DNA from: Octopus vulgaris
Taxonomy: Eukaryota
Length of the DNA stretch: 64,000 nucleotides
Assembly: GCA_951406725.2 (NCBI GenBank)
Contig: OX597824.1
Coordinates: 84,878,001 to 84,942,000 of the forward strand
Direction: 5' to 3'
Below the pieces are notes generated by a model. It searched no databases, had not been told where the DNA came from, and saw nothing but the letters and a program-made list of their open reading frames with translations. A program made the translations under genes and the position numbers. Below are positions 24,824 to 39,059 of this stretch, piece by piece (positions within the stretch are counted from its first letter, which is position 1; each line of letters begins with the position of its first letter).

Positions 24824-26662
24824 CTTTACATAATAGCTTGACCTGTGAGAAACAGCAGCTAAATTCCAGGCACATTAGATAATATAGTACCAAATAATAA
24901 TAAAAAAGAATGATCATAGTTGGAATGCTTTTGACTCTGGTCTTCTGCACAATCAAGAAGACACCACCCAATATTTGCACTAACTACAACCCATTTTCTG
25001 CTTTTGTGGATCCCCACCCCCCAAGCATTTTGATTTTAGTTCACTCTAAGATTTAAAATTCTGCAATTAGAACCAAATTTCATGAAATATCTAGTTATGA
25101 ACTGCTTTGAGAAGAAAAAAAGCCTGCAATCAAATCGTCATTAAAAATCCTTCTGTGCTCTGAAATTTTTTTTCTTAAAACAAGTTCAAAGAAATTATGC
25201 CTAATAGTTAAAAACTTTCATGAAGAATTTGTGTCTGAGGGATTTAAACAGTAACTGAAAGTTTTTAAAAATTGTCTTCGTCATTTATTCAACTTACTTG
25301 ACAACCTCAGTAGTACCAGATGTGCGGAAAAAGCACCCAACACAATGAAAGATGGTTGGCATTAAGAAGGGCATCCGGTCATAGAAAACATGTCAAAGCC
25401 AACAGTGGACCTATCAAACTATCCAACCCATGCCAGCATGGAAAACAGACACTAAATGATGATGATGAATGTCATGGTTCATGGAAGATCATAAATTAAA
25501 AATAGTTATTCCTGATTTTAAGATAGTAACCATGAATAATTTGCTGGTCAACAATAGGAAACTTGAAAAATCTAAATAAAAATAAAACAAGACCATAACA
25601 GAAAGCTATAAGAGATTTAGAATTGACATAGGTTTTAAAATAAACCATAAGTACTGTAGATCAAAGGCTAGATTCTGGCAATTGGAATCTAACGGTCAGT
25701 AAAACCAAACCAATTCCTCCCTGCACATACACTTTCTATTCTTCCTCCTTTGAAAATTTTGTGGTATTGTGCTTAAAGAAATCAATAAAAAAAAGTTTGT
25801 TGTTGTTTTTTTTTTTACATTCAATATAATAAAAAATAAATGTATTTTATTGATTATCCTGCACTCTAACATATTCCATAAAGAATGGAAGCCATCAACA
25901 TGGCTGAAAAATCAATCAATGGAGATGGCCACCGAAACATAAAAGAAAAAAACACTGTTGTTAAAAGACATTAGCTAAATTAGATGGTGGGAGGGTTCAC
26001 ATACGGAGTTCTCCAAAGTGACATTTTATAAGCAATAATATTTTAGCCTGTCAAAGTAGCATGGATTAAGAAGATTATCCTGGCAACACTGCTTACTCAC
26101 TTCTATCCTTTATACCCCCACTGCCAACAATTATCGTTAATGTTTCAAACAAGCTAGTACAATTATCTTTAATCTCAAGCTTATGGCACTTATTGAACAA
26201 ATGTACAGCTAGCCATTCATTTTCAATATTGGATCACACCTCTTTAGTGTTTACTACTTAACTCTTTAAGCACTAAATGAACTGATAATGCTGACTTGAC
26301 CTCAAACAACATAAAACCATTGAAATCAATGATGTTGGCTTCAGATTATTATCCCAAATTTTAATTCAACCTTGATCCATTTCAACAGGTTTTATCATTT
26401 ATTAAGTTTAATATAGAATTACATTAGCTAATTAAACAGTAATCAGCAGTACAAGAACTAGTACAGTTACCAATTTTAATAACAATGCTTAGTAATGAGT
26501 ACCATCATTCTTATGATACTACATCGAATGATATCCTACTGCTGGATTTTAAAATTTGTTATACTTATAAATAAATAAAAGATAAGATTAGTATAATTGG
26601 GATATTGCACCACAATATGTACATAGATAATATAACAATCAATAAGCCAAAAAGTAACTGAA

Positions 26663-26992
26663 ATCATCATCGTTTAACGCCTGTTTTCCATGCTAGCATG
26701 GGTTGGACAGTTCAATCGGGGTCTGGGAAGCCAGGAGGCTGCACCATGCTCCAGTCTGATCTGGCAGTGTTTCTACAGCTGGATGCCCTTCCTAACGCCA
26801 ACCACTCCATGAGTGTAGTGGGAGCTTTTTACGTGCCACCGACACGGAAACCAGTCATGGCGATGCTGGCATCGGCCACGTTCGGATGGTGCTTTTTACG
26901 TGCCACCAGCACAGGTATCACAACTATAATTTCCATTTGATTTTTTGATGTTGATGTACTTGACTCAATAGGTCTCCTCAAGCACAGGGTCG
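26663..26992 (-). mobile_element. SINE family C with part of its 5' unique region
   Basis: Tail and core, plus gatgttgatgtacttgactc..aggtctcctcaagcacag shared with 57230-57310. Confidence 0.85.
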
Positions 26993-27699
26993 AAACGATG
27001 TTTCTTTACTTGCCACCTGAAGTGAAATAGAAATACTGTTGTGGTAAAGCTCCCAAGTGAAACCTGACCGAGCAAATCTCTAACACAAAAGTAGTTTCAT
27101 CAAACAACTAAGATAGATGCACTAAGCAATACTTGAGCTTAGTTGGAGACCACATTCTGACAAGCAAGGGTTTATCATACAGAGTGCAGTATGATAAATT
27201 GGCAGGTTGCATCTTCTTTAGTTACCAATCTGTTGTTAGATGCCAGGAAGTGGCCACAGTAGACTCAAGCAAGATGATAATGGTTGGAGCACTACATTTA
27301 TTTTTCCAGTACAGCCTAACATAATTCTTGAGACTGATGAGGATAAAACTGCTGTTGCTGCTACTATTTTTCCATGAATCTGCCTTTTGTGTTTCTCTAG
27401 ACTAAGCAGAAAGATTAACATACATACAGTAGTGGTGTAGATATGTGTAGGTGTTCGGGAGTGACTGTACATGCAGTTGCAAGAATTGTGGGTGGAGCGA
27501 AAATTTACTAAGGTAATAACACATTTCATACATGTCCAGATAACCTTCCATTCTCAATATTTTTGTCTCATTATATAGATCAGCTGTGGGCATAAGATGT
27601 ATGTAAAGTAGCAATTCTAAGTGTGTTATTGTGTTTATATTTCTATAAGATAGAAAGAAAAAAACAAAAATCGAGAGAGTAGACAGACATAATTCATTG

Positions 27700-28320
27700 A
27701 TTTAACATACTGTATGTACATTAGTGTTTATTATTTGTGTTGATCAAATGTAGTAGCTGTAGGTCAACATGGTATTCCTGAAAGCCATTTTGCTTTAGTT
27801 CCTCTATTTTACATGTGAAGTGAATTCTGCTGGGTAATCCCTAGAAAGTTTAAGTTGTAGAATTGCTATATTTGTATTTGATGTTGTATTTGTTAAGAAA
27901 ACTGGTGAATTTGAGGGGAATTACTTTAGAGTGTATGTTTCTGGAGCAGAGGTTTCAAGGTGGTTGACATAAGGCTGGAGCAGATGTATTTGAAGAATGG
28001 TATGAGGAAGTGTTCCCTGTCATTTTCGTAATTGCATGCTTGTAAGATTATGAGCTAACAGAATGGCTTTTTGCACAAGCACATTTGGGAATTATGGATT
28101 ATGTGTGTTAAAATAATTATTTAGATTCTGTAGTGAAATATACCAAGAAAGATATGTAAACCAAAATTAGTACAACTTCAACAACACTAGGAAAAAATGG
28201 TTTCATTGTGAAAAAAGTATCTCTCAAAATAACAAAAGTTGAATTCTTCAGAAGAGGTAGAAAGCCTACCTCTTCACGGAACACAACCTCAGACTCTTTC
28301 AAAGAAGTTCACTAAACACC
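27700..28320 (-). mobile_element. Possible highly decayed Penelope-like ORF remnant
   Basis: Minus-strand fragments TNFG..FL, HNSQMCLCKKPFC and SYYI*ST loosely recall the Penelope RT C-terminus and GIY-YIG order. Heavily broken. Confidence 0.25.
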
Positions 28321-29114
28321 AAGATGAACCACACACCTAACTGCTCAGAGAAGTAACAAGGATATCATGAAAAGCACAATCAACCAACAACTGAAGACAG
28401 AGGTAAAGATGGATTAAATCACCAAGCGCTGTTATGGAAACCAACACATGGGGAAGCAAAGGAAGACCTGCAAGGACATACTGAGGGGCTGGATCATGAC
28501 ATTCATCAGGTGCCAACTTCTATGGACTGCAATGAAAGACATTGATTGTTGAAAGCTCATTGTCAATGAAACCCCATCACAATGACGACGATGATTGAGG
28601 ACTCAGCAATGGCTTGATGACCTGAGATTTTGCCAACCAACTATTTATTACTGCCCCCCACCCCCAACCACCCACTTTTTTTTTTTTTTTTAATAGAGGT
28701 ATTTATCTTATTCATTGGATCACTGAAACAACTTTAGACTCTTCTTTAAATCTGGAAAAAATCTATGAACATCCATACATGATACACTTTCAGGGAACAG
28801 CATCTACAATATATTTTTGGTATGCTTAGAAACATGTCAGAATCCTTGTCAGTTGGCTCTGATTTTATTTAGATTCACATAATTGATTTTGAAATAAATA
28901 ATTTCATAAATTCCTAATAACACCATAAACATTAGCAAGATAAATTTGATACAGTCTTTTACCGATTTCATCATTGAACTGTGACCATGAGGAGAACTGT
29001 CTTCAATCAGATCACATATACAAGCCTGAGTACATGTTTTAGTCTGATATTTTATTGATATCTATTTGTCAAATTGCTAAGTCTCTGGACAAAGGCACAC
29101 AACTTAAAAAATAG

Positions 29115-29498
29115 TTGGCTGTATGGTAAGATGCTTGTTCCCAACATCCTTCTGGGCTCAGTCCCATTGCATGGTACCTTGGGCAAGTGTCTTCTACTAT
29201 AGCTTCGGGCTGACCAAAGCCTTGAGTGAATTTAGTAGAAGGAAACTGAAAGAAGTCTGTCGTATATGTATATATCTAATGTATGTGTGTCTGTCCCCAC
29301 CCACCATCGCTTAACAACCGATGCTGGTGTGTTTACATCCCCATAACTTAGAGATTCAGCAAAAGAGTGATAGAATAAGTACTAGGCTTACAAAGAATAA
29401 GTCTTGGGGTCGATTTGTTTGACAAAAACCCTTTAAAGTCAGTGCTCCAGCATGGCAGCAGTCAAACGACCGAAACAAGTAAAAGAATAAAAGAATAA
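29115..29498 (+). mobile_element. SINE family B
   Basis: Head, microsatellite linker, aagtactaggcttacaaagaataagtc body and (aaaagaat)n tail. Confidence 0.88.
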
Positions 29499-29792
29499 AT
29501 GATGCCAGAACTATTTTTAAAATATACGAAACATGTAAACGTGTTTTGCCACTAAGGTGAGTTTTTACCTGCCTCTACATTAGATTTATTGTCAACTAGC
29601 TAGGAATAAATTTAAGTGAAAAAAACCCAGTGCATTTCTCAAAAAAGGCTTTATTCACCATCACCCTTCAGAGGGGAAGAGAGATAAAGTTGACCTGAAC
29701 TCAAAAGAATAGAATGGAAAAAAAAATGAATCAAAAACATCTGCTCTGCTGAGTTGCTGTCTCAGTTATCCAGACATCATTTCATTTATTAA

Positions 29793-29992
29793 CTCTTTAG
29801 CATTTAAACTGGCCACATCCAGCCTAAATATCCCAGCAGGTTTATGTTCAGACTAGCCAGATCTAGCCTCTCACACCTACCCTACTATGTCACTCTAAAA
29901 ATATACAATCACATCATCAAAACCTCGAAACTATGAGACATAGTATGATTAATTCAAAGAGTGAAAAAATAGGTAACCTGAATACTAAAGGG
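29793..29992 (+). mobile_element. piggyBac-derived TTAA MITE
   Basis: TTAA-ctctttagca...tactaaaggg-TTAA. Same family as 32545, 50440, 59989 and the fragment ending at 4702. Confidence 0.85.
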
Positions 29993-31278
29993 TTAATAAC
30001 AAGACCCCTTTATTTCAACTTTGTAATTAGTTTGCAACACTCATGTGAACTTGTGTGTTGAAATAGATTTTGTATTTTAGGAGGGTCTGTGTTTATTATT
30101 GGCACAATGACCCTTCTGGGACACAAGACCCCTTTTCATTCTTTTCAAAAATTACATTGGCTATGCCATAATTTAGTTTGCAGCCTAGCGCAAAACAAAA
30201 CTATTCAGCTACTGTCAGCCACACACCATACTATGTATTGTACTGTTCTAAATAACCAGCATTTCTTTCCTAACAATGATTTGAAAATTAACTAAATACA
30301 TTTCTGACAATCAGCAAAAGTCGAAGAAAAATATTAATCACAATAGTCAAACCCATCCTACCATTTTATTCAAGTGGGCAGAAATGTTAGCATGTCAGAC
30401 AAAGTACTTAGCAACATTTCTTCTGACTCTTTATGTTCCAAGTTCAAATGCCAATGAGGTCAACCTTACTTTTTTTCAGGCTTGATAAAATAAAGTACCA
30501 GCCAAATACTTGGGTGAATGTAATCAACAAACCCCTCTCCTTAATATTGCTGGGCTTGTGCCAAAAATATAAAGGATTATTATATTATTATCGCTAGAAT
30601 GCTGGGCGAAATGCTTAATGGTATTTCGTCTGTTGCTACGTTCTGAGTTCAAATTCCATCGAGGTCAACTTTGCCTTTCATCCTTTCATATCCTCGATAA
30701 AATAAGCACCAGTCGAGCACTGGGGTCGGTGGAATCGATTCATTCCCTCCCCCAAACTTGCTGGCCTTGTACCAAAATTTGAAACTATTATTATTATTAT
30801 TATTACTTCCTTTAACTGCAGTAAGGGCACAAACTATCGTTTCGTATCTGAAGGTTATATCATTATGAAAAGGAATGATTGGTGTGTTGTGGCAATTGTT
30901 TTAACAGTTTGTTAGTGATTTCTAGGATTACTAATGAAACATAAATTAACACTTTGCAGCTATTTAGATTTGCAACTGATGACTGAAATCAATATAGAAT
31001 ACAAGCATGTTTAAAAATATAAAAACAAGTATGATACTTCAAAGCAACAGGTGTTTAAAGATAGATATTTGCCAAGAACAATGATGTCAAACAATGCAGG
31101 AGTTGTAAAAAAAAATTAAATAATGGAGTTGGTGAGAAAAGCAAATGAATTATTTCAAAAACTGAATATAGAGTGCACCACAACAAACCTAATTTAACCA
31201 TAGATTTTGTTGTTGTTTTTTTTACAGGGGGCTTACATAGAGAGAGATGGTGCAATATTCCTTGCATCACAGACAGAT

Positions 31279-31535
31279 CAGTGGTTCTCAACCATTCTTT
31301 GCCTAAGGACCCCTTTCATTCCTATTTTACTCTGATAGACCCCCATAGCCATCCTGTGTTTAAAAAATCCAACATATCTGATTATTAATTAAATATTAGC
31401 AGGAAATGTATTAAAAAAAAAAATTGTTAAAATATTTTATGTATTATAAAAATATAACCAATTTCTTGCACATAGATTTTAATAAAATCTTACATGGAAC
31501 CCTAAGGGTCATATGAACCCTGGTGAGGACCACCC
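31279..31535. mobile_element. hAT-type MITE (older)
   Basis: cagtggttctcaacc left TIR and degenerate ggtgaggaccacc right end. A related right end ends at 42928. Confidence 0.65.
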
Positions 31536-32544
31536 AGGAAGATGATCAACTCCTGCTTACTTCTTTGGCAATGTGCCTGTCATAGAATTTGTATAATACA
31601 AACATGGCTTCCTTTTACCCCACCCCACCCCCTTTTTATAAGGCACCATCTTGTCAATTAAGGTTAATTTTAAAAAAGTAAGAAAGAAGAAATGACTGAT
31701 ACTTTCATTTTGGAAAGATGAAAGCTAAAGTTGACCCTGGCAAGATTTGAACCCAGAGTACAGAGAACCAGAACAAACAGCTTACACCCCAATATCAACA
31801 AATTAAATTTTATTACATTTATCTCTGACCTAACTTCCATCTTTTCCACCCAACCATGCATACAATACCAAATACAGGACAAGTATCATTTATTTGCACC
31901 CTTCATTCACTCATCAACACAATCTAGCATTCATTGTCCAACACTTCATGTCCAGAAACTTTTTCAACTTATTTACATTCAACCTTCCACATAAAGGAAC
32001 ACCACACACCAGACAAACCATAATTTTCTTTCTTTTTTTTTTCCATTCACTGCAGATCTACATTTACTGCTATGCAAATTTACCTTTTTCAAACATTTCA
32101 TAAAATGAAATTCTGTGTCAAGAAAGACCTTTGATATGCAAAAGAAATTTTGTTTATATTCCAGCTTCTAACCTGTCCCCAACCACTAATTATACCCAAT
32201 TAAAATAGCTTATGCACTATTTCAAGCAACTTTTCTAATGAATCCCTGGCTTTCAATGATCTATTCCTGAATATTCTAATACAAGTGAAGAAGTTCTGGC
32301 CCCTTGTTATTCTGCCAAAAATTTTCTTGCATATTTTTGTGTACTCAATGTTAGCACTGATTGCAAGGTATTGAGTACCAATCTCATCACTTGTTCAACA
32401 CTAATGAAAACAGATTAAGGACAGTGAATCCTGTTGAGACATTTAACAAGTACCTTCAGGTTTTCTAATTTAGACTTGTTCTTTCTACATTCTAAATATC
32501 CAGCACAGGAAATTTACAAAGTCATCTCATCTCAAATTTCTTAA

Positions 32545-32763
32545 CTCTTTAGCATTTAAACAAGCCATATCCGGCCCAAATATTCTACTAGTTTTGTGTT
32601 CCAAATGAACAGGCTGAGCCTCTCACATCGACCATACAATGTCATTCTAAAAATAAACAATCACGTCATTGAAATTTCAAAGCTACAAGATAATGCATGA
32701 TCAATTCAAAATTATGTGAATAATATAAGCATTACACTTAACAGTAATCTAAATGCTAAAGGG
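32545..32763 (+). mobile_element. piggyBac-derived TTAA MITE
   Basis: TTAA at 32541-32544 and 32764-32767. TIR ..tttagcattta / taaatgctaaaggg. Confidence 0.88.
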
Positions 32764-33101
32764 TTAAAGATGGACCCAAAAACTAAGCTCAGGTAGAGTG
32801 GACTAAGTTCAAAGTCAAATCATATCAACCAGTAAAGCATTACTAGATTCAATGTGGATACAGACTGCTTTTAACACCATTAGTGTAACAACTTTAAATT
32901 TGCATGGGTCCACTCAAAAGTCGTAAATCAGTAAATACAAAACAGAACTGTTTCTTTGACAAAAAGTTTTTATAATTGTCTCTCAAGAAATATATCTCCT
33001 AGAATTCTACAACTGGATACAAATTTTAAACCAGCAGCAGTGGCATCAGCTCCAATCCAAACTATCTTGTAGTAACTTTGTATAACAAGCAGTGATTTTA
33101 G

Positions 33102-33151
33102 AAAATATTTGATAATGCAAATCTTATTAGATTTGCATTATCAAATATTTT
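33102..33151. repeat. Perfect 23-bp AT-rich inverted repeat, 4-nt loop
   Basis: aaaatatttgataatgcaaatct-tatt-agatttgcattatcaaatatttt. Confidence 0.9.
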
Positions 33152-33778
33152 TACTTATAGCTTTCAGAGTTGCTCCAACAGCCGTCAAAATTAATACATT
33201 TTTGCACATTCTGTTTAATAATTAATGTAACCCATACAAAAGATTTCAGAATCTCACTGAATATTCTTCAAAATGAAGCACTATTTGTCTCCATTTTAAT
33301 TTCTTCAAGTACTGACTCCATAACAAGCTCTGTAACCAAAACACTTTTCAGACACTTCTAACCAACATCCTGTCTTGCAATTCAAAACTTTCTATATCTC
33401 TCAAAAGGGAACAATACCAAGTTGCTCACTCTATTTTACTATGTATAATTATTCCCTTCACCATACATTTGCCCATGGTTTCTAAGATTAGATTATAGTA
33501 ACTACCAAATACTTCAACCACTATTGTTCTACCAAACATGCTGCAACTGCTTCTTCAACAGAAAATTACTAACTTGTAAGAGACCAACTGTCTGGTAGAA
33601 ATAGAAAACTAATAATCCTCATCGTCATTTAACATCCATTTTTCTTGCTGGCATGGGTTGGTCAGCTTGGCAGGAGTTGGCAAGCCCAGAGGGCACATCA
33701 GGTTTCATAGCCTGTTTTGACTTGGTTTCTACAGTTAGATACCCTTCCTAATGCCAACCACTTCATAGACTGTACTAA

Positions 33779-34137
33779 GTGCTTTTAATGTAGCACCAGC
33801 ACTTTAAATGCGGCACCAGTGCTTTAAACATGGCACCAGCACCAGTGCTTTTGATGTGGTGCCGGCACCAGTGTTTTTAATGTGGCACCAGTATTGGTGC
33901 TTTTAATGTGGCACAAGCACCAGTGCTTTTAATGTGACACCAGCACCAGTGCTTTTAATGTGACACCAGCACCAGTGCTTTTAATGTGACACCAGCACCA
34001 GTGCTTTTAATGTGACACCAGCACCAGTGCTTTTAATGTGACACCAGCACCAGTGCTTTTAATGTGACACCAGCACCAGTGCTTTTAATGTGACACCAGC
34101 ACCAGTGCTTTTAATGTGACACCAGCACCAGTGCTTG
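33779..34137. repeat. 26-bp minisatellite (caccagcaccagtgcttttaatgtga)n grown from the SINE C internal unit
   Basis: About 8 identical units at 33918-34137 preceded by diverged units, contiguous with the SINE C tail and core at 33619-33790. Confidence 0.9.
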
Positions 34138-34533
34138 TCTTCTCCAGTATTTTTTCAACCTGTAAATATTTGAAAGTGCCATGTAGAATCTGACTTTACA
34201 TAAACTTCAGTATTCCCTCCCAGCCACCATTATCTGCCATACTTTGACCTAGATATGGTCTTTTTAACACTCAACTTTTATGGTCTAAATTTACTAACGT
34301 TTAATGGTGCAAATAGGGTTGCATATTCCTCTCTAAGAGATAGTATCTAGTACTTTTTGACCAACTTGATTCTGTTTTAGTTAGGATAAAAATTTGGCAC
34401 TAAAATGCAAGTAACCGATAAATTGAGACTGTAATCAAGACCATATAGTTGGGAAACAAGCTTCTTAACTATGGTAGGAGATTAACAGCAAACTTTTCCA
34501 ATGAAATATCACAAAATATTTGTGATACAAATA

Positions 34534-34946
34534 GGTGCAGGAGAGGCTGTGTGGTAAGTAGCTTGCTTACTAACCACATGGTTCTGGGTTCAGTCCCACT
34601 GCATGGCACCTTGGGCAAGTGTCTTCTACTATAGCCTCGGGCTGACCAAAGCCTTGTGAGTGGATTTGGAAGATGGAAACTGAAAGAAGCCGGTCGTATG
34701 TGTGTGTGTGTGTGCACGCATGCGTACGTGTATACGTTTGTGTGTCTGTGTTTGTCCCCCCAACATCGATTGACAACCGATGCTGGTGTGTTTACGTCCC
34801 CGTTACTTAGCAGTTCAACGAGAGACCGATAGAATAAATACTAGGCTTACAAAGAATAAGTCCTGGAGTCGATTTGCTCGGCTAAAAGCGTTGCTCCAGC
34901 ACGGCCACAGTCAAATGACTGAAACAAGTAAAAGAGTAAAAAGAGT
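34534..34946 (+). mobile_element. SINE family B, full length
   Basis: ggtgcaggagaggctgtgtggtaag A-box-like, gggttcagtccc B-box-like, (TG)n linker and (aaaagagt)n tail. Confidence 0.9.
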
Positions 34947-37900
34947 AGGAATGTAAACAGAATGAAACCCATGGTCAGCGCATTCAGATAATCATTGTAT
35001 GATGAATAAGCTGATAGAGGGTGAAATTAAAGTTTTTACTTCCACCATTTCATATGGAACTTTCATCCAGTCACTGCCTAAAATAGAAAACAGCGAATGT
35101 ATTCAAATTGGCCTATCTCAACATTCTTGGCTAAACTAGGTGTGTAAAGTGACATTTAGAATGAGGCTCGGTTTACTTTGTGACTATGTTTAGTGTTTAC
35201 AAAATAGTTAATAGGGAAAAAACCACATTAAATCTTTCATACTTCCTCAAGTGAATGTATATGCATTGTTTGTTTAACCCAGGGCCAGTTATAGTTGAGC
35301 AGGTCTATGATCAAAGTGTTTCAGCTACAACCATATTTTTCTTTTCAGGAAGGTTTGGCTATTTTCAGCAACGTAAACAACCACACAAAAAGCCCCTTTT
35401 GTAATTTATTTACAGCTTAGTCAAAGGAAGAAGGGTAGTGTACATGACCCTTTGTAGGGCACTCTCAGACTAGTGGGAGAATGATGTTCATAAACCAAGG
35501 TGCCTTTAGCAGAGTCCACTTTGTTACAAGCCTTCGGGACTAGACTACAAGGTGGTAGTCTTAAACCAAGTAGAGATTAAACCTGCTACATAAGGCTTAA
35601 AGTGATGAATTTTTGTTTGCATGAGAATGAGAAAAGAATGAATAAAACAAATTCAGACTTCTGATAAATGAAGTCATCATTTGATAGATTCAGTACAATG
35701 AAAAAAAAAAAAAAAAAAAGGTTAAAATTATTAAAAAATGTTAAAACCATATATAAAAAATGTCAAGATCATACATACGGTATTCTCAAATCTAATCAAT
35801 AAATAAATATTCTATTGAGAATAGAGCAAAAGTTAAATCCATAAAGGAAACAACAATATATTCAGAAACAATAAATGTTATGTTGATGTAGATTACAGAG
35901 CATAAAAGAAGTAAAAGTTAAGCCAATTAGACTAAATATGAAGTAGTTAAATCAGATCATAATGTATTTAGTTTCATAAACAATACACAAAAGGTATGAC
36001 ATAATTATATAGTGCTTTCCAACCAATGGAAAGGTGCAAAGTCTAATGTGTCAGAGAAACTGATGTTATAGTAGCATTACCTCTTGTGATACAAATCATC
36101 TATGAAACAGGAAAACGGAAAAGAAACTTACTTGTGAGCAAGTAAACTAAGGCATGATACAATAGCTACAGGAATCTCCTGACCAATCAAACTAGAATCT
36201 TCATCTCATGCATTGTGCCTCATCAAAAGAAGTAGAAACAAACATATACAACTGGAGACCTGATATAAAAATATTTAAGAGGTCTGTCTCCTGGCCATGT
36301 GGTTTCAAGTTCTTTCAGCTTTGGTTGGCTCAGAACTATAGTAAAGGACATTTGCCCATATGGTATACAGTGACACTTGAGCAAGTGTTTCCTACAAAAG
36401 CCTAAGGCTGACCAGAGCAGAAAGAAGCCTGTCGTGTGGGTATGCATTTGTGTTTGTGTCCCCTGACATGTGGGACATGTGAATAAATACCACCTGTCAC
36501 ATAAGCAATGCCTTGTTACTAATCCACTGTTAAAACCTGTCCAACCATGAGGAAATATTGACTTACTTGGCAATAAGAAGGGCATCTAACAATAGAATTT
36601 ATCTTGATAAATTCCGTTTGATGCAAGCAAGTATGAAATAGTGATGCTGACAAGGTTATACCATTTCTCAACTTAATAAAGAACACATTTAGAATAATTA
36701 GCAACTCCTTCATTAAATGAACAGTATGTTGTCCAAGGAGGCAACAAGCTGAAGGGAAAAGGTATTTGATTGACAAATCACAAGTTCAAATTCATCACAA
36801 ACAATTTGTGTTCTTGGTAATGGTAAACTGAATTAAATGTTCACATAGTATTATCTAGTTGTCAGGAAAAAGTATCAGATTCTTCCAAAAAATGTATCTC
36901 CTTGGCAACATGACAACAGATAGTCTTTCAACTCAGAGGGAGATTTATCTTATATGATCAACCCCAAGAAAAGTGAGAGGAAAGCACTGTCAATGAAACC
37001 CTTGTATCTATATAATGCAAGCAGATTTGATTTTATCAGTAAAACTGCCCTGATTCTGGTTTGATCTAGACTATATCTGAGGAAGGAAAGAAGTTGTGAC
37101 ACTAATACTTTTGTTAGGAGTATTGGTGAAAGATGTGAAGTGAAACACAAATGTATGAAGCTCAATTTTTGTAAGTAAAATGTATCAAACTGCTAAATTT
37201 TGCCTATCATTTTTCTCCTAAACCACCTATTTATATTTTTTGATTAATTAGTGATTAAAGCGGCAAACTGGAAGAATCATTAGCAAGCAGGACAAACTCC
37301 TGTAAAGCATTTTGTCTGACTATGTTCTGAGTTCAAATTCCACAGAGGTTGAATTTCCTGCCTTTCATCTCTTCAAGGGTGCAAAAATAAGCACCAGTCA
37401 AGCACAGAGGTTAGTGTAATCGACTAGCCCCCTCCACCAAAATTTCAGGCCTTGTGCCTATAGCAGAAAGGAATTAGTGATTAAGGTCCTAACAGGTGGT
37501 AGATTATTTCTAAAACATTTCTAACTGAAATCTCTACTCATTAGCCAAATTAAAACAAGTTACATAAACACACTCAGCTGACATCTCAATGAGGTAAACG
37601 CTAAGTAGAAACAAGTTCAAGCTAAATATTTTCATTATTGTTCATGTAATTACTCTCAAGTAAAGTAGCTAATGTCACCAGTATCAGCAGTAAACACTTC
37701 AGCTAAGACCACTGCCCTGGAATGAAGACTAGTAGAGTGTTTAAAAATAAAATCTTGAAACAATAAGCTGTATAATTCAAGGAGTTTTAAACGACCATTT
37801 TAATATTTTTGAATCTTTAATCTTATTTAATAAGTTTTTTTAAATAAAAGTAATTTTTTAAAAATAGTGAAATAAAAACTGTTTTATGTGTATATATGTA

Positions 37901-38684
37901 TGTTTATATATCTTTCCTGTACTAAAAAAATGTTCAGCAGCAGAAGTAGTATAGAAGGATATGCAACCAATGTCCAACAGGTTTTAATTCTCAGCCCAAG
38001 CCTATGGCTTATTTTTTTCACTTATTCTTTCTTCTAGCCTGTGATAAGCCTTGTGGAATACACATCTTGCTTAAATATTCCATTTTATTGGCATCATTTC
38101 TATGACTAGATTTCTTCCTATCACCAAATACTTGACAGTGAAACATTTTATAATACTACCAGTAGTAGAGAGGCGGTCCCATCCATGCAGGAGTAGAAAC
38201 TACCCTCTATTCTATATCAGTTCTTATTTTAATGTACCGTCTTCCTATACAGGTGAAAAGCAGTTTACTTAATCCTGAGCACTTTGGGCCCCTCAGAGAT
38301 AAAAATAACATAAGACTGAGTTACAAAGAATGTAGATTCATCCAACTTTTACCAAAAAAATAAAAAGATTTTTTTTGTTGAATTTTTAAAAACTTGATGT
38401 AGAAACGATGACCTGCACAATCAGTTTGCTTTGAATTGTTTTAACTTGTAGCAATAACAGCAGCTGCTTTATTCTATTAACAAAATAGAAAACCTTAAAA
38501 GTTAAATATCCTAGAAACAAGATGAAGGTTTAGGCCACAGATAAAAGATTTTTAAAAAGTTGGTGATAGAAATTTTATATCCTTATTAAATATACAATTA
38601 CTGAGAGTATAAAGTATACAAACTGAAGCTAAAATGACAGTCTTAAAACTTCCAAAACCACAAGCCACCTTGTGTCAAAGGCTA

Positions 38685-39059
38685 GGGGAAGCACTCCGTC
38701 GGTTACGACGATGAGGGTTCCGGTTGATCCGAATCAACGGAACAGCCTGCTCGTGAAATTAACGTGTAAGTGGCTGAGCACTCCACAGACACGTGCACCC
38801 TTAACGTAGTTCTCGGGGATATTCAGCGTGACAAGGCTGGCCCTTTGAAATACAGGTACAACAGAAACAGGAAGTAAGAGTGAGAGAAAGTTGTGGTGAA
38901 AGAGTACAGGAGGGATCACCACCATCCCCTGCCAGAGCATCGTGGAGCTTTTTTAGGTGTTTTCGCTCAATAAACACTCACAACGCCCGGTCTGGGAATC
39001 GAAACCGCGATCCTATGACCGCAAGTCCGCTGCTCTAACCACTGGGCCATTGCGCCTCC
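38685..39059 (-). mobile_element. SINE family D, young tRNA-headed copy
   Basis: Minus head ggaggcgcaatggcccagtggttagagcagcggacttgcggtc...ggtttcgattccc with clear A and B boxes, CpG-rich. 11-bp TSD gtcaaaggcta at 38674-38684 and 39060-39070. Confidence 0.9.

Noticed and set aside
33779-34137. CRISPR-like array
   Set aside because: Units are head-to-tail with no unique spacers, there are no cas genes, and the context is a eukaryotic SINE.
38985-39059. tRNA gene
   Set aside because: A and B boxes are present, but the sequence runs into a SINE body with a TSD and has no proper acceptor stem or terminator. The same applies to the other SINE heads.
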